Positions 10,989 through 22,357 of a stretch of 64,000 nt of DNA are shown piece by piece (the stretch's first letter is position 1; the number at the start of each line of letters is the position of its first letter). This stretch comes from Eledone cirrhosa. Its lineage: Eukaryota. The stretch lies in the NCBI GenBank assembly GCA_964016885.1, contig OZ024740.1, forward strand, positions 20,522,001-20,586,000, read 5' to 3'. The position numbers and the translations under genes were made by a program. The notes beneath the pieces were generated by a model. It saw only the letters and a list, made by a program, of their open reading frames with translations, searched no databases and had not been told where the DNA came from.

Positions 10989-13162
10989 TTAAACCATATT
11001 TAATGCTGGTCTATATTTTTGAATAAACATATTTTCCTTATTTATCCGTATTTGTTCTGTTGTATTGTCAGCGCAAAGGTAAAATGGGAAGACTTGGAAT
11101 TTGGGTGTCTTATTACTTGCGCATATGTCTAGATGTGCGCTTAGTGGTATCTGTCTCGTGGTTGGATCTCTTAATTGTTGGCAATGAACTGTCATTCTGT
11201 TTCTGAGTGTGAGTTTAGTTTGTCCTATATAATCTTCATTGCATCCTTTACATTTAATGGCATAAAGTAGATTTTTTGATGAGCAAGTGAAGTGATTTTT
11301 TACAGCAAAATTTTGTCCTGATTGGAATGTATACGTGTTGCCTTCAATGAGGTGAGTGCAGGTTCCACAATTAGAGTGACCACATTTTTTGACAGTTGGT
11401 TGTGGGTTTGTGGTAGGTAATTTGGCATTGGTGAGTAATGTTTTCAGTGATTTCGGTTGTCTTTTGCTTTTGATTATTTTGTGTGTTTCAAGGGCTTTTT
11501 TCATTCTTGGGTCTTGTTTCTGTAGTGGGATGTTCTTGTGAATAGTGTTGTAAGCTTCCGCATTTCTTGGGTTGTGTGTTGAGATATATGATAGAATATT
11601 GGACTGTCTTTCGAGTAGAATTTCCTTTAATTCTTGAAGTCTTTTATTTCGCGTTTCATAATTGGAAACAATTGTGCAAATTCTTCTTGCTAGGTTAAAA
11701 GGAATGTTCATCTTCGTGTGCTTTGGATGGTTGGAGGTGAATAGCAGGTATTGTTTGGAATCTGTTGGTTTGTAGTGTATGTCAGTTTCAATATTTGTGT
11801 CTTTTTTAAAGATTAAGATGTCCAGAAATGGGAGTTGATCTTGGCTGTATTCCATTGTGAATTGGATGTAGTTATTGATGCCGTTAATTAAATTTTTGAA
11901 ATCATTCAGTTGGTCGAGTGTGTGGGACCAAAGAATGAGACAATCATCCAAGTAGCGTTTCCAATTCTCTGATAAATATTTGTGGAAGTTCAATCCGTAT
12001 TTTGATTTGGACTGTTCATATATCTGGACTTCTAAGTATGCCATGACTAAGTTGGCATAAGTTGGAGCGGCTTTTGTACCCATCGCAGTCCCCGATATTT
12101 GCTTGTAAGTACTGCCATCGAAATCAAAAAAGTTGTTCTGTAAGATAAATTTTAATCCCTCGGTGATGAAGCTTTTTTCTATTCTGCCAGGTATCTCATT
12201 GGGATATTTCTCTAGCCAGAATCCTATTGCTTCTAGTCTGTATTGGTGTGGGATCGTTGTGTAGAGATTCACTACATCGAAAGACACAATAATAGTGTCG
12301 TTGTTGACATGTTTGGGGAGGTGATTTAAGAGGTCCAGATCGTCTCTTACAAGGCTTGGTATGTGTTTGAGAATTGGTTTTAGTAGTATGTCTATAAAGT
12401 TGCTCAGTCAGTCTGTTTCACATTGTGAGCCCGCTACAATTGGTCTTAATTTAAGGTCTGTGGGTTATTGTGTGTTCACGCAGGCTGAGGTGGATTGTTT
12501 ACAGGCATCGTTAATTATTTTACACTTGTGGATCTTCGGAAGTCCGTAAAGGTTGCTGGTTTTGTATTCAAAATGTGTTAAATAATCGCATTCCTTTTTA
12601 GTTAAGTCTTCCTGGTATCGATAAATCAGTGTGTTTAATCTGGTCATTGTTTTTGATTGCTGGTAGTTTTTTACTCTTTCATAGTAATTAGTATTTTGTA
12701 AGAGAGAGAACATAGAATTTTTCAGCATCCATAATGACAACAGTACTTCCCTTTGCCGCTTCCTTAATTATAATGTCCGTATTGTTTTTTTAGTTCATGG
12801 ATAATCTCCCATTCTCGTCGACTCGTGTTGGGTTTGGGTTTAGGTTGCGGTAGTTCATGGTATGGGAAAGTTGCTATGTGGTCACAAAATTTGTCCAGAA
12901 CTCTGTTTCTACCTTTTGTTGGGTTGTAGCTGCTTTTATTCCATACAATTGATTGGTCGTTATTCTCCTTGTCAAAGAATTCCTCTGGGAGACATAATTT
13001 TCTACAGAAGTGTGAGATATCGTCATTTATCTCATTGAGGTTAGAGTATTGTGGTGTTGGTGTGAATTTCAGTCCTTTGGAGAGAATTTTAACTTGTTGG
13101 GCTGAGAGGTTTGTATTTGAAAGGTTGATTATTTTCGGTTTTTTAAAATCGGTTTGTGCCAC
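10989..13162 (-). pseudogene. PLE RT-GIY-YIG polyprotein broken by frameshifts and stops
   Basis: IINLS...LSKGLKFTP, LYGLPKIHK, SFDVVNLYT, GTAMGT...PTYANL, WKRYLDD, LPFLDI, YKPTD...SNHP, C-x4-C-x2-C, LLYAIKC-x2-C...YIGQT...R...H, KE...PALN. Confidence 0.9.
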
Positions 13163-14235
13163 CGGGTGTCGTGGGTCCTGTAGCCTTGGTCTAAAAGATG
13201 TTTTTTCTGGAATGTTTTTTCAATGGTATTATTATTATATCTAATGGTATTATTATATCTAATGGCATTTCCTCTGTTGTTGTGTGGTCTTGTATAGAAG
13301 TTTCGGACGTATTGAGGTTCGGTTTGTTGATAGTCGGGGTTGTAGATTTTGTTCCTTTGTGTGGGTTGGGATCTACGATTTTGGAACAGGTTCTGTGTGG
13401 GCAGGGGTCTACGGTTTTTGGAATAGGTTTTGTGTGGGTTGTGATCTGCGGATCGGGTCCTGTCTTGTGTTCGGGGATCTTCGGTTTTTGTTAGTAGGGT
13501 TATAGTTTTATCTATGGGTTCTGGGATTATCGTCATAGTTTTGCTGGGGGTATGTTGGACGTTTTGTTACTTTTTTTGTTATTTGTTGTGCATGTGGTTT
13601 GTGAGTTTTAGTTTGTTTGAAAAATGGGTTACCTGTATGTTGTTCATTTTTGAAATCCATTTCGTAGTTGTTGAACCAGGTGGCGTTTTTTCCCATCGCT
13701 GGAGGGATGTTAGTTATTCATCCTCACAATTTTCTTTCCCAAGTTTTAAGGTTTTTTCATAGAGTAGGCCTTCAGAGTGCTTTGAGATTTCTGTTTCCAT
13801 CTGTTCGTCGAGTGACTTGAATTTTTCTTCGTTGGAGTTGGCTCTTAATCGCAACAGTTCTATTTCTATTTAAAATTTTTGTAACGCCTTCTTTTCCCTA
13901 AGTCTTTGTTGGTTTTCTGGTTCACTCGGGATGGGTTTTATTTGGAGTTTTTTTGGGAGGATGATTGGGTTAGAGTTTAGCCACTTTTCATATATGTCTG
14001 CCTTGTCATTATTTTTTAGGAGATTCCAAAAGGCGAATTTGCGGTCTGTGAGCTTTTGAGTCTATATATTGATTAGGGTGTTTTTCACTGAGTGGACATC
14101 TCGTAAATTGGGTTCTAATGGTTGTTCCAGCTTTTGGAGCATTGCGTTTCGAGTTACTTTTCTCCATATAAAACAAGTAACATTCAAAGACCAACCAGAT
14201 GTGAGAAAAGCCACAGACCCTCCATCTCAACTCTA

Positions 14236-14271
14236 CTTTTGAAAAGCAGAAGAACTGCGAAACCGGTAAAG
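14236..14271 (+). ncRNA. Variant minimal hammerhead-like motif in PLE-C inverted 5' pLTR
   Basis: CUU-UUGAAAA-GCAG(aagaa)CUGC-GAAA-CCGG(palindrome)-UA-AAG. Confidence 0.55.
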
Positions 14272-14351
14272 GAACCAAATAAATATATATATATTTTTTA
14301 TAAAATAAGACTCCAGTTGCATTTTCGATTTCATCTTTTTTTCTTTATATA

Positions 14352-14986
14352 TCATCATCATCATCATCATCATCACCGTTTTACGTCTGTTCTTCCATGC
14401 TAGCATGGGTTAGACGGGTTGTCCTGTTGTGGGCAGTGTCTGGTCGGCTGACCATGCCTTGCTCATACAGGAACTGATTTTGACTTGATTTCTACAGCTG
14501 GATGCCCTTCCTAACACCAACCTCATTTACAGTGAGTGCTGGGGGCTTTTTTCCGTGGCGCCTACACGTCCACTTTACTATGTGGGCTGGGTGCTTTTTT
14601 GCCGTGGCACCTCCACGACCACTTTGCAGTGGGAGGGTGTGGAGGCATATTGTCTATATGCTTCAGCTTGTACCCATGGGAGGTCGGGTACTCTGTATTA
14701 CTGCGTGACGCCAGAGGTCACAGTCGTGTGTCATCGCCTTTGAGAGGTGTAATTGGGTAAGGTCGGCTTTTATCATCCCAGGTCTTCTTGGGTCTCCCCA
14801 CTCCGCGGTTTCCATTGACTTCTAGTGCTCTGCACCTTTTTATGCAGCTGTCATCCTTCATACGCATCACATGTCCATACCAACGCAACCGCCTCTCCTG
14901 CACACAGCATTTGATTCCTCTTATGCTCAGTCTCTCTCTCAATTCATTTATGCTTTGCCGTTCGCGTATTTTACTATTACACATCC

Positions 14987-14990
<4 letters not shown>
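14352..14990 (-). mobile_element. RTE-type LINE 3' fragment with 3' UTR and (GAT)n tail
   Basis: Minus frame ELRERLSIRGI...RRLRWYGHVMRM...GNRGVGRPKKTW is a typical LINE ORF2 C-terminus; (CAT)n on plus at 14352-14376. Confidence 0.8.
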
Positions 14991-15069
<79 letters not shown>

Positions 15070-15132
15070 ATTAATATATATATAAGAAGGTAATTCAAGT
15101 GTGTATTGAGACTACTATATATATATATAGAG

Positions 15133-15936
15133 AGAGAAAAATACTGCAGGTAGCACATGGATAACATGTAATAAAATAAGTCCCTCATCAGTGATTTGCC
15201 GAAGATCATAGATATTTCATTGCATTAAAAATCATATATCTCACGTCGGTGCAATAATAACCAAAATAAGTTATTAGGACAATTAAAACGTGTAAAGCGA
15301 GTGAGACAGGAGAACAACAGAAAGTATAGCATACCGTAGGGGACAGAAACAAGCTTCAAAAATTATTCTGTTTAGCATAAGCTAGGTGAATATATGAGCG
15401 CTTAGAGAATAGATCCTACACGAACGAGGGCTATGAGCAGAGAGAGAAAAATACCGTTCGTGGTGTGCAGGATGAAATGAAGAGAAGAGAGAGAAAAACA
15501 GTGAGTGAGTGAAAGTGTGAGGAAGAGTTAACGGACATGACAGAGGGGGAGAAACAGAGAGAATGGGGGAACAGTAAGAGAGAGAGAAAAAACACAGAAT
15601 CGCAGTGGTAAATATATGTATTAAAATATAGAGAAAAATACTGCAGGTAGCACATGGATAACATGTAATAAAATAAGTCCCTCATCAGTGATTTGCCGAA
15701 GATCATAGATATTTCATTGCATTAAAAATCATATATCTCACGTCGGTGCAATAATAACCAAAATAAGTTATTAGGACAATTAAAACGCGTAAAGCGAGTG
15801 AGACAGGAGAACAACAGAAAGTATAGCATACCGTAGGGGACAGAAACAAGCTTCAAAAATTATTCTGTTTAGCATAAGCTAGGTGAATATATGAGCGCTT
15901 AGAAAATAGATCCTACACGAACGAGGGCTATGAGCA
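15133..15936. repeat. Two 307-bp direct repeats (15133-15439, 15630-15936) flanking a 190-bp purine-rich spacer; non-coding, LTR/pLTR-like
   Basis: Copies differ at only about two positions by eye; the module is bounded by (TA)n. Confidence 0.85.
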
Positions 15937-16169
15937 ATATATTTATATATATATATGGGATAACAAGTTATCGTTATAGGTAATCCAGTTAGAGGTTGTG
16001 AGTACTCTGCGACGTGGATAGTTTTAACGTACGGCTTTGTTTGACTCAACAAGATGCTTCCATAGTTAGGCAGCGAGTTCGCGGTAATCCCAATGCAGGT
16101 TATACTTGGAGTAATAATAGTGAAAGAATGAAGAGTAACATGGTTGGCTGTACAACAAAGGGCTTTATT

Positions 16170-16288
16170 TCAGGTATTGACAATTGTTTCATTGATCAGA
16201 TGAGTCGAGAGGCCGCTAATCGCTCGAAGTTGCGTCACTCGATCTCCAATACATTATTTACCTCTGACCAACACATCAGAATACCTGA
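16170..16288 (-). ncRNA. Type I hammerhead-like motif with one core substitution (CUGAUGU)
   Basis: Minus strand: UCAGGUAUU-CUGAUGU-GUUGGUCAGA...UCUGAUCAAU-GAAA-CAAUUG-UC-AAUACCUGA; 9-bp stem I, 10-bp stem II base. Confidence 0.72.
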
Positions 16289-16717
16289 TAAATATATGTC
16301 GCATATCGAATCTTATATTTTGTCTGATGAAAACTTACTTAAACACCATTGTACCTTTGAAATATGTATAATAAAATATATATTTTGATTATGAGAATAT
16401 TTTTCATTTATTAATATTTTGAATAATATATATATATATTGACAGGGCGGCACCCTACTATAACACGGCGTTGGCTAACAGCGGCTTCTCATAACCTATC
16501 ACCTACTCTCCTACTAGCAACATCACCATTAAGAAAAGTAAGCGCATCAATAGACAAACTATCTGGTTCTCTCCTCCCTTCTCACTCAACGTTAAAACCA
16601 ATGTAGGAAAACAAAAAATTTCTAGCCCTCTTAGATAGACACTTCCCCATAGGTCATAAATACTGCTCCATCTTTAACCGACACAAAGTTAAACTAGAAT
16701 ACTCCTGCGCTAAGAAC

Positions 16718-17215
16718 ATGAAGGCCCACATCACCAGCAGCCCTAGGAGCAACACCCCACCAGGGTGCTCTTGCCGTAAGCCTGAAGCTTGCCCCCTTCA
16801 ACAGCAATGCAACACACCAGCTGTAATCTATGAAGCTGTGGTCACTTCCAACCGACCAAACGAACCACAGGAGGTCAAATCCTATGTGGGTATGGCGGAG
16901 AGCCGATTCAAGGCGCGTTTCCTGAACCACCAGTCTACCTTCAGATACCCGGACAGACGTTCATCCACGAAACTCTCGAGCGACGTATGGTACATCAAGG
17001 ACTCAAGTATAGGCTACTCCATTCAATGGAAAGCCATCACTAAGTCCAAGCCATATGCAAGGGGAAATCCGAGGTGTGGCTTATGTATCGACGAACGAAT
17101 AACTATCCTAAAGAGATTACGCAATAGTGATTGCCTAAACACGAGAAGTGAATTTTTCACACGGTGTCCACACGTCACCAAACATCTATTGCATAACTAC
17201 AAGGCTCCGGACTGA
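16718..17215 (+). pseudogene. PLE GIY-YIG endonuclease domain remnant
   Basis: Motifs align by eye with the C-terminus of 4489-6003. Confidence 0.85.
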
Positions 17216-17398
17216 TTCTTTGTAATTTTATTTTTAATTTTTTAAATTTTATTTTCAACCTAAAAACTTTCCGGACTTTCGCAGTTATCTCCCTTACACC
17301 TGCCGCACGCAATCTAGTATTACCTGTGTGAAGTGACCGATTTTCTACGCATGCGCGTTCGTACGGTTGTCCTTCCTGTTCCTATAACCATACACATC

Positions 17399-17438
17399 CC
17401 GAGCTGAGGATCCGCGAAGGTGAAACAATTGTTCTCGG
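17399..17438 (+). ncRNA. Minimal type I hammerhead-like motif in PLE-D pLTR
   Basis: CCGAG-CUGAGGA-uccgcgaaggu-GAAA-CAAUUG-UU-CUCGG; stem II is weak. Confidence 0.62.
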
Positions 17439-17532
17439 TATGGTGAACTAACTGTTGTGTAACCACTTCTACCTAACTCGTCCCTTGGACTGAGTGATCT
17501 ACCACTACGGATATTACCTTCCAGTGTTCCAC

Positions 17533-17587
<55 letters not shown>

Positions 17588-17870
17588 TGGTAACACAACA
17601 GTTAGTTCACCATACCGAGAACAATTGTTTCACCTTAGCAGATCTTCAGCTGAAGATCCACTAAGGTGAAACAATTGTGTTACCACTTCTACCTAACTCA
17701 TCCCATGGACTGAGTGCTCTACCACTACGGATATTACCTTCCAGTGTTCTACCTCTCTTTCTCTATCTCTCTCTGTATGTATATATATATAAATATATAT
17801 TATATATATAAGTATATATATATATTGTTATACTTGGGGAGGGCCATATTGTTATAATATTGCCAGAAAT

Positions 17871-17953
17871 AATTATTTCTACTTTTGGCACAAGGCCAGC
17901 AATTATCCCAGTGCATTACTGGTACTTTATTTTATCGACCCCGTAAGGATGAA
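17871..17953 (-). mobile_element. SINE 3' fragment (same family as 22746-22935)
   Basis: Reverse complement of TTCATCCTTACGGGGTCGATAAAATAAAGTACCAGT...GGCCTTGTGCC.AAAGTAGAAA. Confidence 0.75.
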
Positions 17954-18120
17954 CCTCCCTAAGTATAACAATATTTGTTTCGACACACGATTTCATATAA
18001 AAAACCTTGCAAAACAAATATATAAATATCAGTCGGACACAAACAACCACATTGTGTTCGCTTCCCCAGCATAGGGATATGTGTGTGTGTGACCATATAT
18101 ATATGTGTGTACGCGCGCGC

Positions 18121-18152
<32 letters not shown>

Positions 18153-18155
<3 letters not shown>

Positions 18156-19810
18156 ATGAACTCTCCCGTCGTATATCGATTTATGGGTGGGGGTTCAACA
18201 GTCTTCTCAGTTCTATAATTTTAAGGTTGTGCCTTAAATAGCATTTGAGTCTAGTTGCAGATTTACACATCAAGCTGCATTTAATGCATATGACAGGATT
18301 TTCAGCGGAACAAGATGGAATGTTTGATCAGATCTTCATGTTTGATCTTAGACCACGAAGATGGAACAGACGAGATTTTTCAAAATTCTTTATACCTTCA
18401 TGGCAGACAGTTCTCCATTGTCCACGGTCAGCAGCTAAGGCTTCACAAGGAGAAAGAGGTATGAGCATAGATTTAAGAGTGTACTTCACTTTGTCTTTGT
18501 ATCTGTGTAATGGTCTGCCTACATTACATGCACTATTATGAAGTTGACTGTATAACAGATCTTTGGGTGTGTGTTCCTCAGTCATCCGTAGGACATAACC
18601 ATCTAAGTTGGGATTGTATCAGAAATTACTCAATCCCACTGTTGTTGCACCTCGGCATTGGAGATTCTGTGAGGAAGTGTATAACCACATATAGAGCTAG
18701 GATAATGTAAGACATTAAGCTTATAAATATGAGTGCAATAAAGTGTCCATGAATCCGAGCCATATAAGAGTATTGTCAGTACCATTGCACGATAAACTGC
18801 AACTTTCGACGTCTGATTCCCCATAGACGATGACGTAGTTTGCCAAAGTTATCAGTTGCTTTAGAGATGCGAATGACGAGCTCATCGTCTAGGGATGCAG
18901 AGCGGTTCACCTTGCTACCAAGTTAAGTAAAGGAGTTCACATACTTCTGATCCTTGTCATCAACAGTGATGGAAACATGGGGATGCCCGTGTCTTAGTGG
19001 TCCTTACCCATCATCTCGTCTGGGGGTGGCTGGCTTTGGTTGATGTACCACGTCAGTTTTCTTAATGCTGATTGTTAAACCAAACACCTTACAGGCAGGT
19101 GTAAAGCGGCTCATCAGTTCCTGTACCATCTCAAGGGATGTTGCAACAAGTACAGTATCCTCAGTTAACAGTAAATCACGAATAACAATTGTTCATGTAA
19201 GTGTTTTAGCCTTAAAGCTTTGAATGGTTGAATAACTCACCTGATGTACGGAATTCAAATCTGACACCAGTGTCTGAGTCGCCAAGAGCTTTACATAGAA
19301 GAACAAAGCAAAGAGAATAGGAGCCATGACACATCCCTGCTTTGTACCGTTTGTAACATCAAAGGGTTCAGAGCTTTTACCATATAATTGATGCTCTCAT
19401 GTTCTCATGAAGAGACGTAACATTCAACATATTGTCAGGTATATCAAGTTTTTCAAGGATTTTCCATAGAGCTTTGCGAGTGACAGCGCCCAAGGCTTTG
19501 GTCAAGTCATCAAAGACCATAATCTGTTTCTGGTTCTTTTCACGTACCTTCTCTGCAACCTGGAAATCATGTCTGTAGTACCCCGGCCTGTGCGGAAACC
19601 ACATTGATTTTCAGGGTAGATATCATCAGCATGACTGGATGTAATTCTGTTGAGAATGATGTGGGCAAGTACCTGGCCAGCAATAGAGTGAAGAGAGATG
19701 CCTTAGAGTTGTCACAGATAGATTTGTTTACCCTTGTTCATGAAGAAATAGCTTATAGATGCATCTCCGAAGTTTTGAGGTCTTGAGAGACATGTTCTCG
19801 ACCTTCTAGA
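18153..19810 (-). pseudogene. Degenerate RTE (BovB-like) LINE: RT and C-terminal region
   Basis: Minus-strand fragments CGFRTGRGTTDMI, VFDDLTKA...LWKILEKL, GTKQGCVMAP, LLYGSDSW, PKDLLYSQL...GRP, AADRGQWR; many frameshifts. Confidence 0.85.
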
Positions 19811-19834
19811 TTTTCAGAAATTAGTAGAGGTCAT

Positions 19835-19836
<2 letters not shown>

Positions 19837-19913
<77 letters not shown>

Positions 19914-19980
19914 GCTGGGGGTAGCTGGGGGGAGAGAGAGAGAGGGGAGATAGAGAGAGGGGGGGGAGAGAGAGAGAGAT
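19837..19980. repeat. (GA)n microsatellite
   Basis: Directly visible. Confidence 0.9.
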
Positions 19981-20380
19981 CCCTGACACAATAGTACAAT
20001 CTGAAAGGAAGCCACTGAATCAAGAAGCAGAATACAAATTGAGCCCATGGAGGGACAGTTTTGACAGGAGATTTGACTGCCAGACCCGATAGAAAGCTTT
20101 GCTGATGTCGAAATCAACAAAACTGTCACAAAATATCTGTAAGGCGAACAGCTGCTAGTGAATGGTCGTCAGTAGATCTCGAAACGGTTGTCTTTAAGGG
20201 GCATCTTATTTCTTGCATCCAGACCTAAGAAAATATCAATGAACGCCTTGTTTGTTTAGAATATACAACTGGGATTAGAACTGATTAAAATATACAACTA
20301 GGAGTCAAATATTTTATCAACTAACATTTGCTCAACTTAAATTCATCCATATGATTTTAGGGTTATGGTTTAGGGTTATG

Positions 20381-21521
20381 GTCGAAGTGTATATAACATC
20401 TACCGTTGTCTTACCAAGGGCGTGTGTATCAAAAGATGTCGAAGTGTATATAACATCTACCGTTGTCTTACCAAGGGCGTGTGTATCAAAAGATGTCGAA
20501 GTGTATATAACATCTACCGTTGTCTTACCAAGGGCGTGTGTATCAAAAGATGTCGAAGTGTATATAACGTCTATCGTTGTCTTACCAAGGGCGTGTGTAT
20601 CAAAAGATGTCGAAGTGTATATAACATCTACCGTTGTCTTACCAAGGGCGTGTGTATCAAAAGATGTCGAAGTGTATATAACATCTACCGTTGTCTTACC
20701 AAGGGCGTGTGTATCAAAAGATGTCGAAGTGTATATAACATCTACCGTTGTCTTACCAAGGGCGTGTGTATCAAAAGATGTCGAAGTGTATATAACATCT
20801 ATCGTTGTCTTACCAAGGGCGTGTGTATCAAAAGATGTCGAAGTGTATATAACATCTATCGTTGTCTTACCAAGGGCGTGTGTATCAAAAGATGTCGAAG
20901 TGTATATAACATCTACCGTTGTCTTACCAAGGGCGTGTGTATCAAAAGATGTCGAAGTGTATATAACATCTACCGTTGTCTTACCAAGGGCGTGTGTATC
21001 AAAAGATGTCGAAGTGTATATAACATCTATCGTTGTCTTACCAAGGGCGTGTGTATCAAAAGATGTCGAAGTGTATATAACATCTACCGTTGTCTTACCA
21101 AGGGCGTGTGTATCAAAAGATGTCGAAGTGTATATAACATCTATCGTTGTCTTACCAAGGGCGTGTGTATCAAAAGATGTCGAAGTGTATATAACATCTA
21201 CCGTTGTCTTACCAAGGGCGTGTGTATCAAAAGATGTCGAAGTGTATATAACATCTACCGTTGTCTTACCAAGGGCGTGTGTATCAAAAGATGTCGAAGT
21301 GTATATAACATCTATCGTTGTCTTACCAAGGGCGTGTGTATCAAAAGATGTCGAAGTGTATATAACATCTATCGTTGTCTTACCAAGGGCGTGTGTATCA
21401 AAATATGTCGAAGTGTATATAACATCTATCGTTGTCTTACCAAGGGCGTGTGTATCAAAAGATGTCGAAGTGTATATAACATCTATCGTTGTCTTACCAA
21501 GGGCGTGTGTATCAAAATATG
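20381..21521. repeat. 57-bp minisatellite, 20 copies
   Basis: Unit GTCGAAGTGTATATAACATCTA(C/T)CGTTGTCTTACCAAGGGCGTGTGTATCAAAAGAT, nearly invariant. Confidence 0.97.
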
Positions 21522-21673
21522 TTAGCTGTGCGACAGAACGGTGGTAATGAAATGCATTGTAGTTTCCAAAGGTCGGGATATATCCTAAGAAAGAGAGAAA
21601 GTGGGTGAGATAGAAATAGATAGAAAGAAATCAACAGCTATTCTAAATTTGTATATCTATCTATCGATCTATC

Positions 21674-21786
21674 TAGGAAAAGGTTCAGGGCGCCAACGGC
21701 AGAGCTCAAGCAGTTTCGACTCGAGTCCAGAAATAGCCGTCGAAACGGCTTGAGCTCTGCCGTCAGGCGTCATGAATATTTTCCTA
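21674..21786. repeat. Short hairpin / MITE-like inverted repeat
   Basis: 21696-21720 pairs with 21739-21763 (24/25) and extends imperfectly to TAGGAAAA/TTTTCCTA. Confidence 0.7.
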
Positions 21787-22357
21787 TTACCCACTCTACT
21801 ACCCAAAGTATCGAGTACTCTGGTGTGTTATGGTCCACCTGGTTCCTTACCACACTTCCTTCGTTATCTATCTATCTATCTTCAAAAACGAAAAAGAGGC
21901 GGTTTTCCTCTGTATAGTGACTATGGTGGACGAGATTGAGAGGACTGAGGACAGATGCCTTTCTCTCCGGACAACAACTCATTCCCTTCTTTAGGTACCA
22001 CTTCAGAAGGAGAATCAGAGTAAAGAGAGAGGCACTGCACCCCAGTAAATTTACTGAAAGGTGGGCGAATGAAGCGGAAATGCCCGAGTGATTGGGCCTT
22101 CTCTGTAGATAAACCTGTAGGTCGAAGAAGAGAGGAAAAGGAAGAAAGGATCACTTGCACAACACGCTCCTGAAGTTGAGGGTTGTTCTATTGATGGGGT
22201 ATTAAACAACCCATTTGTAACGCTTCCCCCCTATTGGGGATTTCGAATGTTAAATTTGTTTTTTTCAATAATATTTTTACACGATTGTATGTAAAATCCC
22301 CGGCATGTGTCTTTGTATTGTCCCCTTTTCTTGTGCACCCTTGTGGCAAATAAAGAA

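Larger units (their letters stand above)
9814..14349 (-). mobile_element. Penelope-like element family C (probably Neptune-like), near full length, degenerate, with inverted terminal pLTR
   Basis: Fragmented ORFs 12764-13162, 12465-12740 and 10989-12287 together form a PLE polyprotein. 9876-10068 is the reverse complement of ~14144-14349. Confidence 0.88.
16440..17753 (+). mobile_element. Penelope-like element family D 3' fragment (GIY-YIG, same broad type as family A) with rearranged pLTR copies
   Basis: IWFSPPFS...KTNVGK (frameshifted, ~16561). ORF 16718-17215 has CSC-x4-CPL-x3-C, VIYEA...YVG...FKARFLNH, CGLC...E, CLNTRSE. Confidence 0.85.

Noticed and set aside
16014-16388. 124-aa plus-strand ORF
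   Set aside because: No motif recognised; the region is better explained as a pLTR-like segment with a minus-strand hammerhead.
20356-20380. True telomere
   Set aside because: Only two TTAGGG units in a degenerate 25-bp interstitial tract.
20351-21547. 398-aa and 367-aa repeat proteins, or a CRISPR array
   Set aside because: The 57-bp unit is a multiple of three, so stop-free frames propagate trivially. There are no unique spacers and no cas genes.
21890-22357. Possible LINE 3' end before (TATC)n
   Set aside because: Looks like a retroelement tail ending in AATAAAGAAAT, but no protein motif supports a family call.
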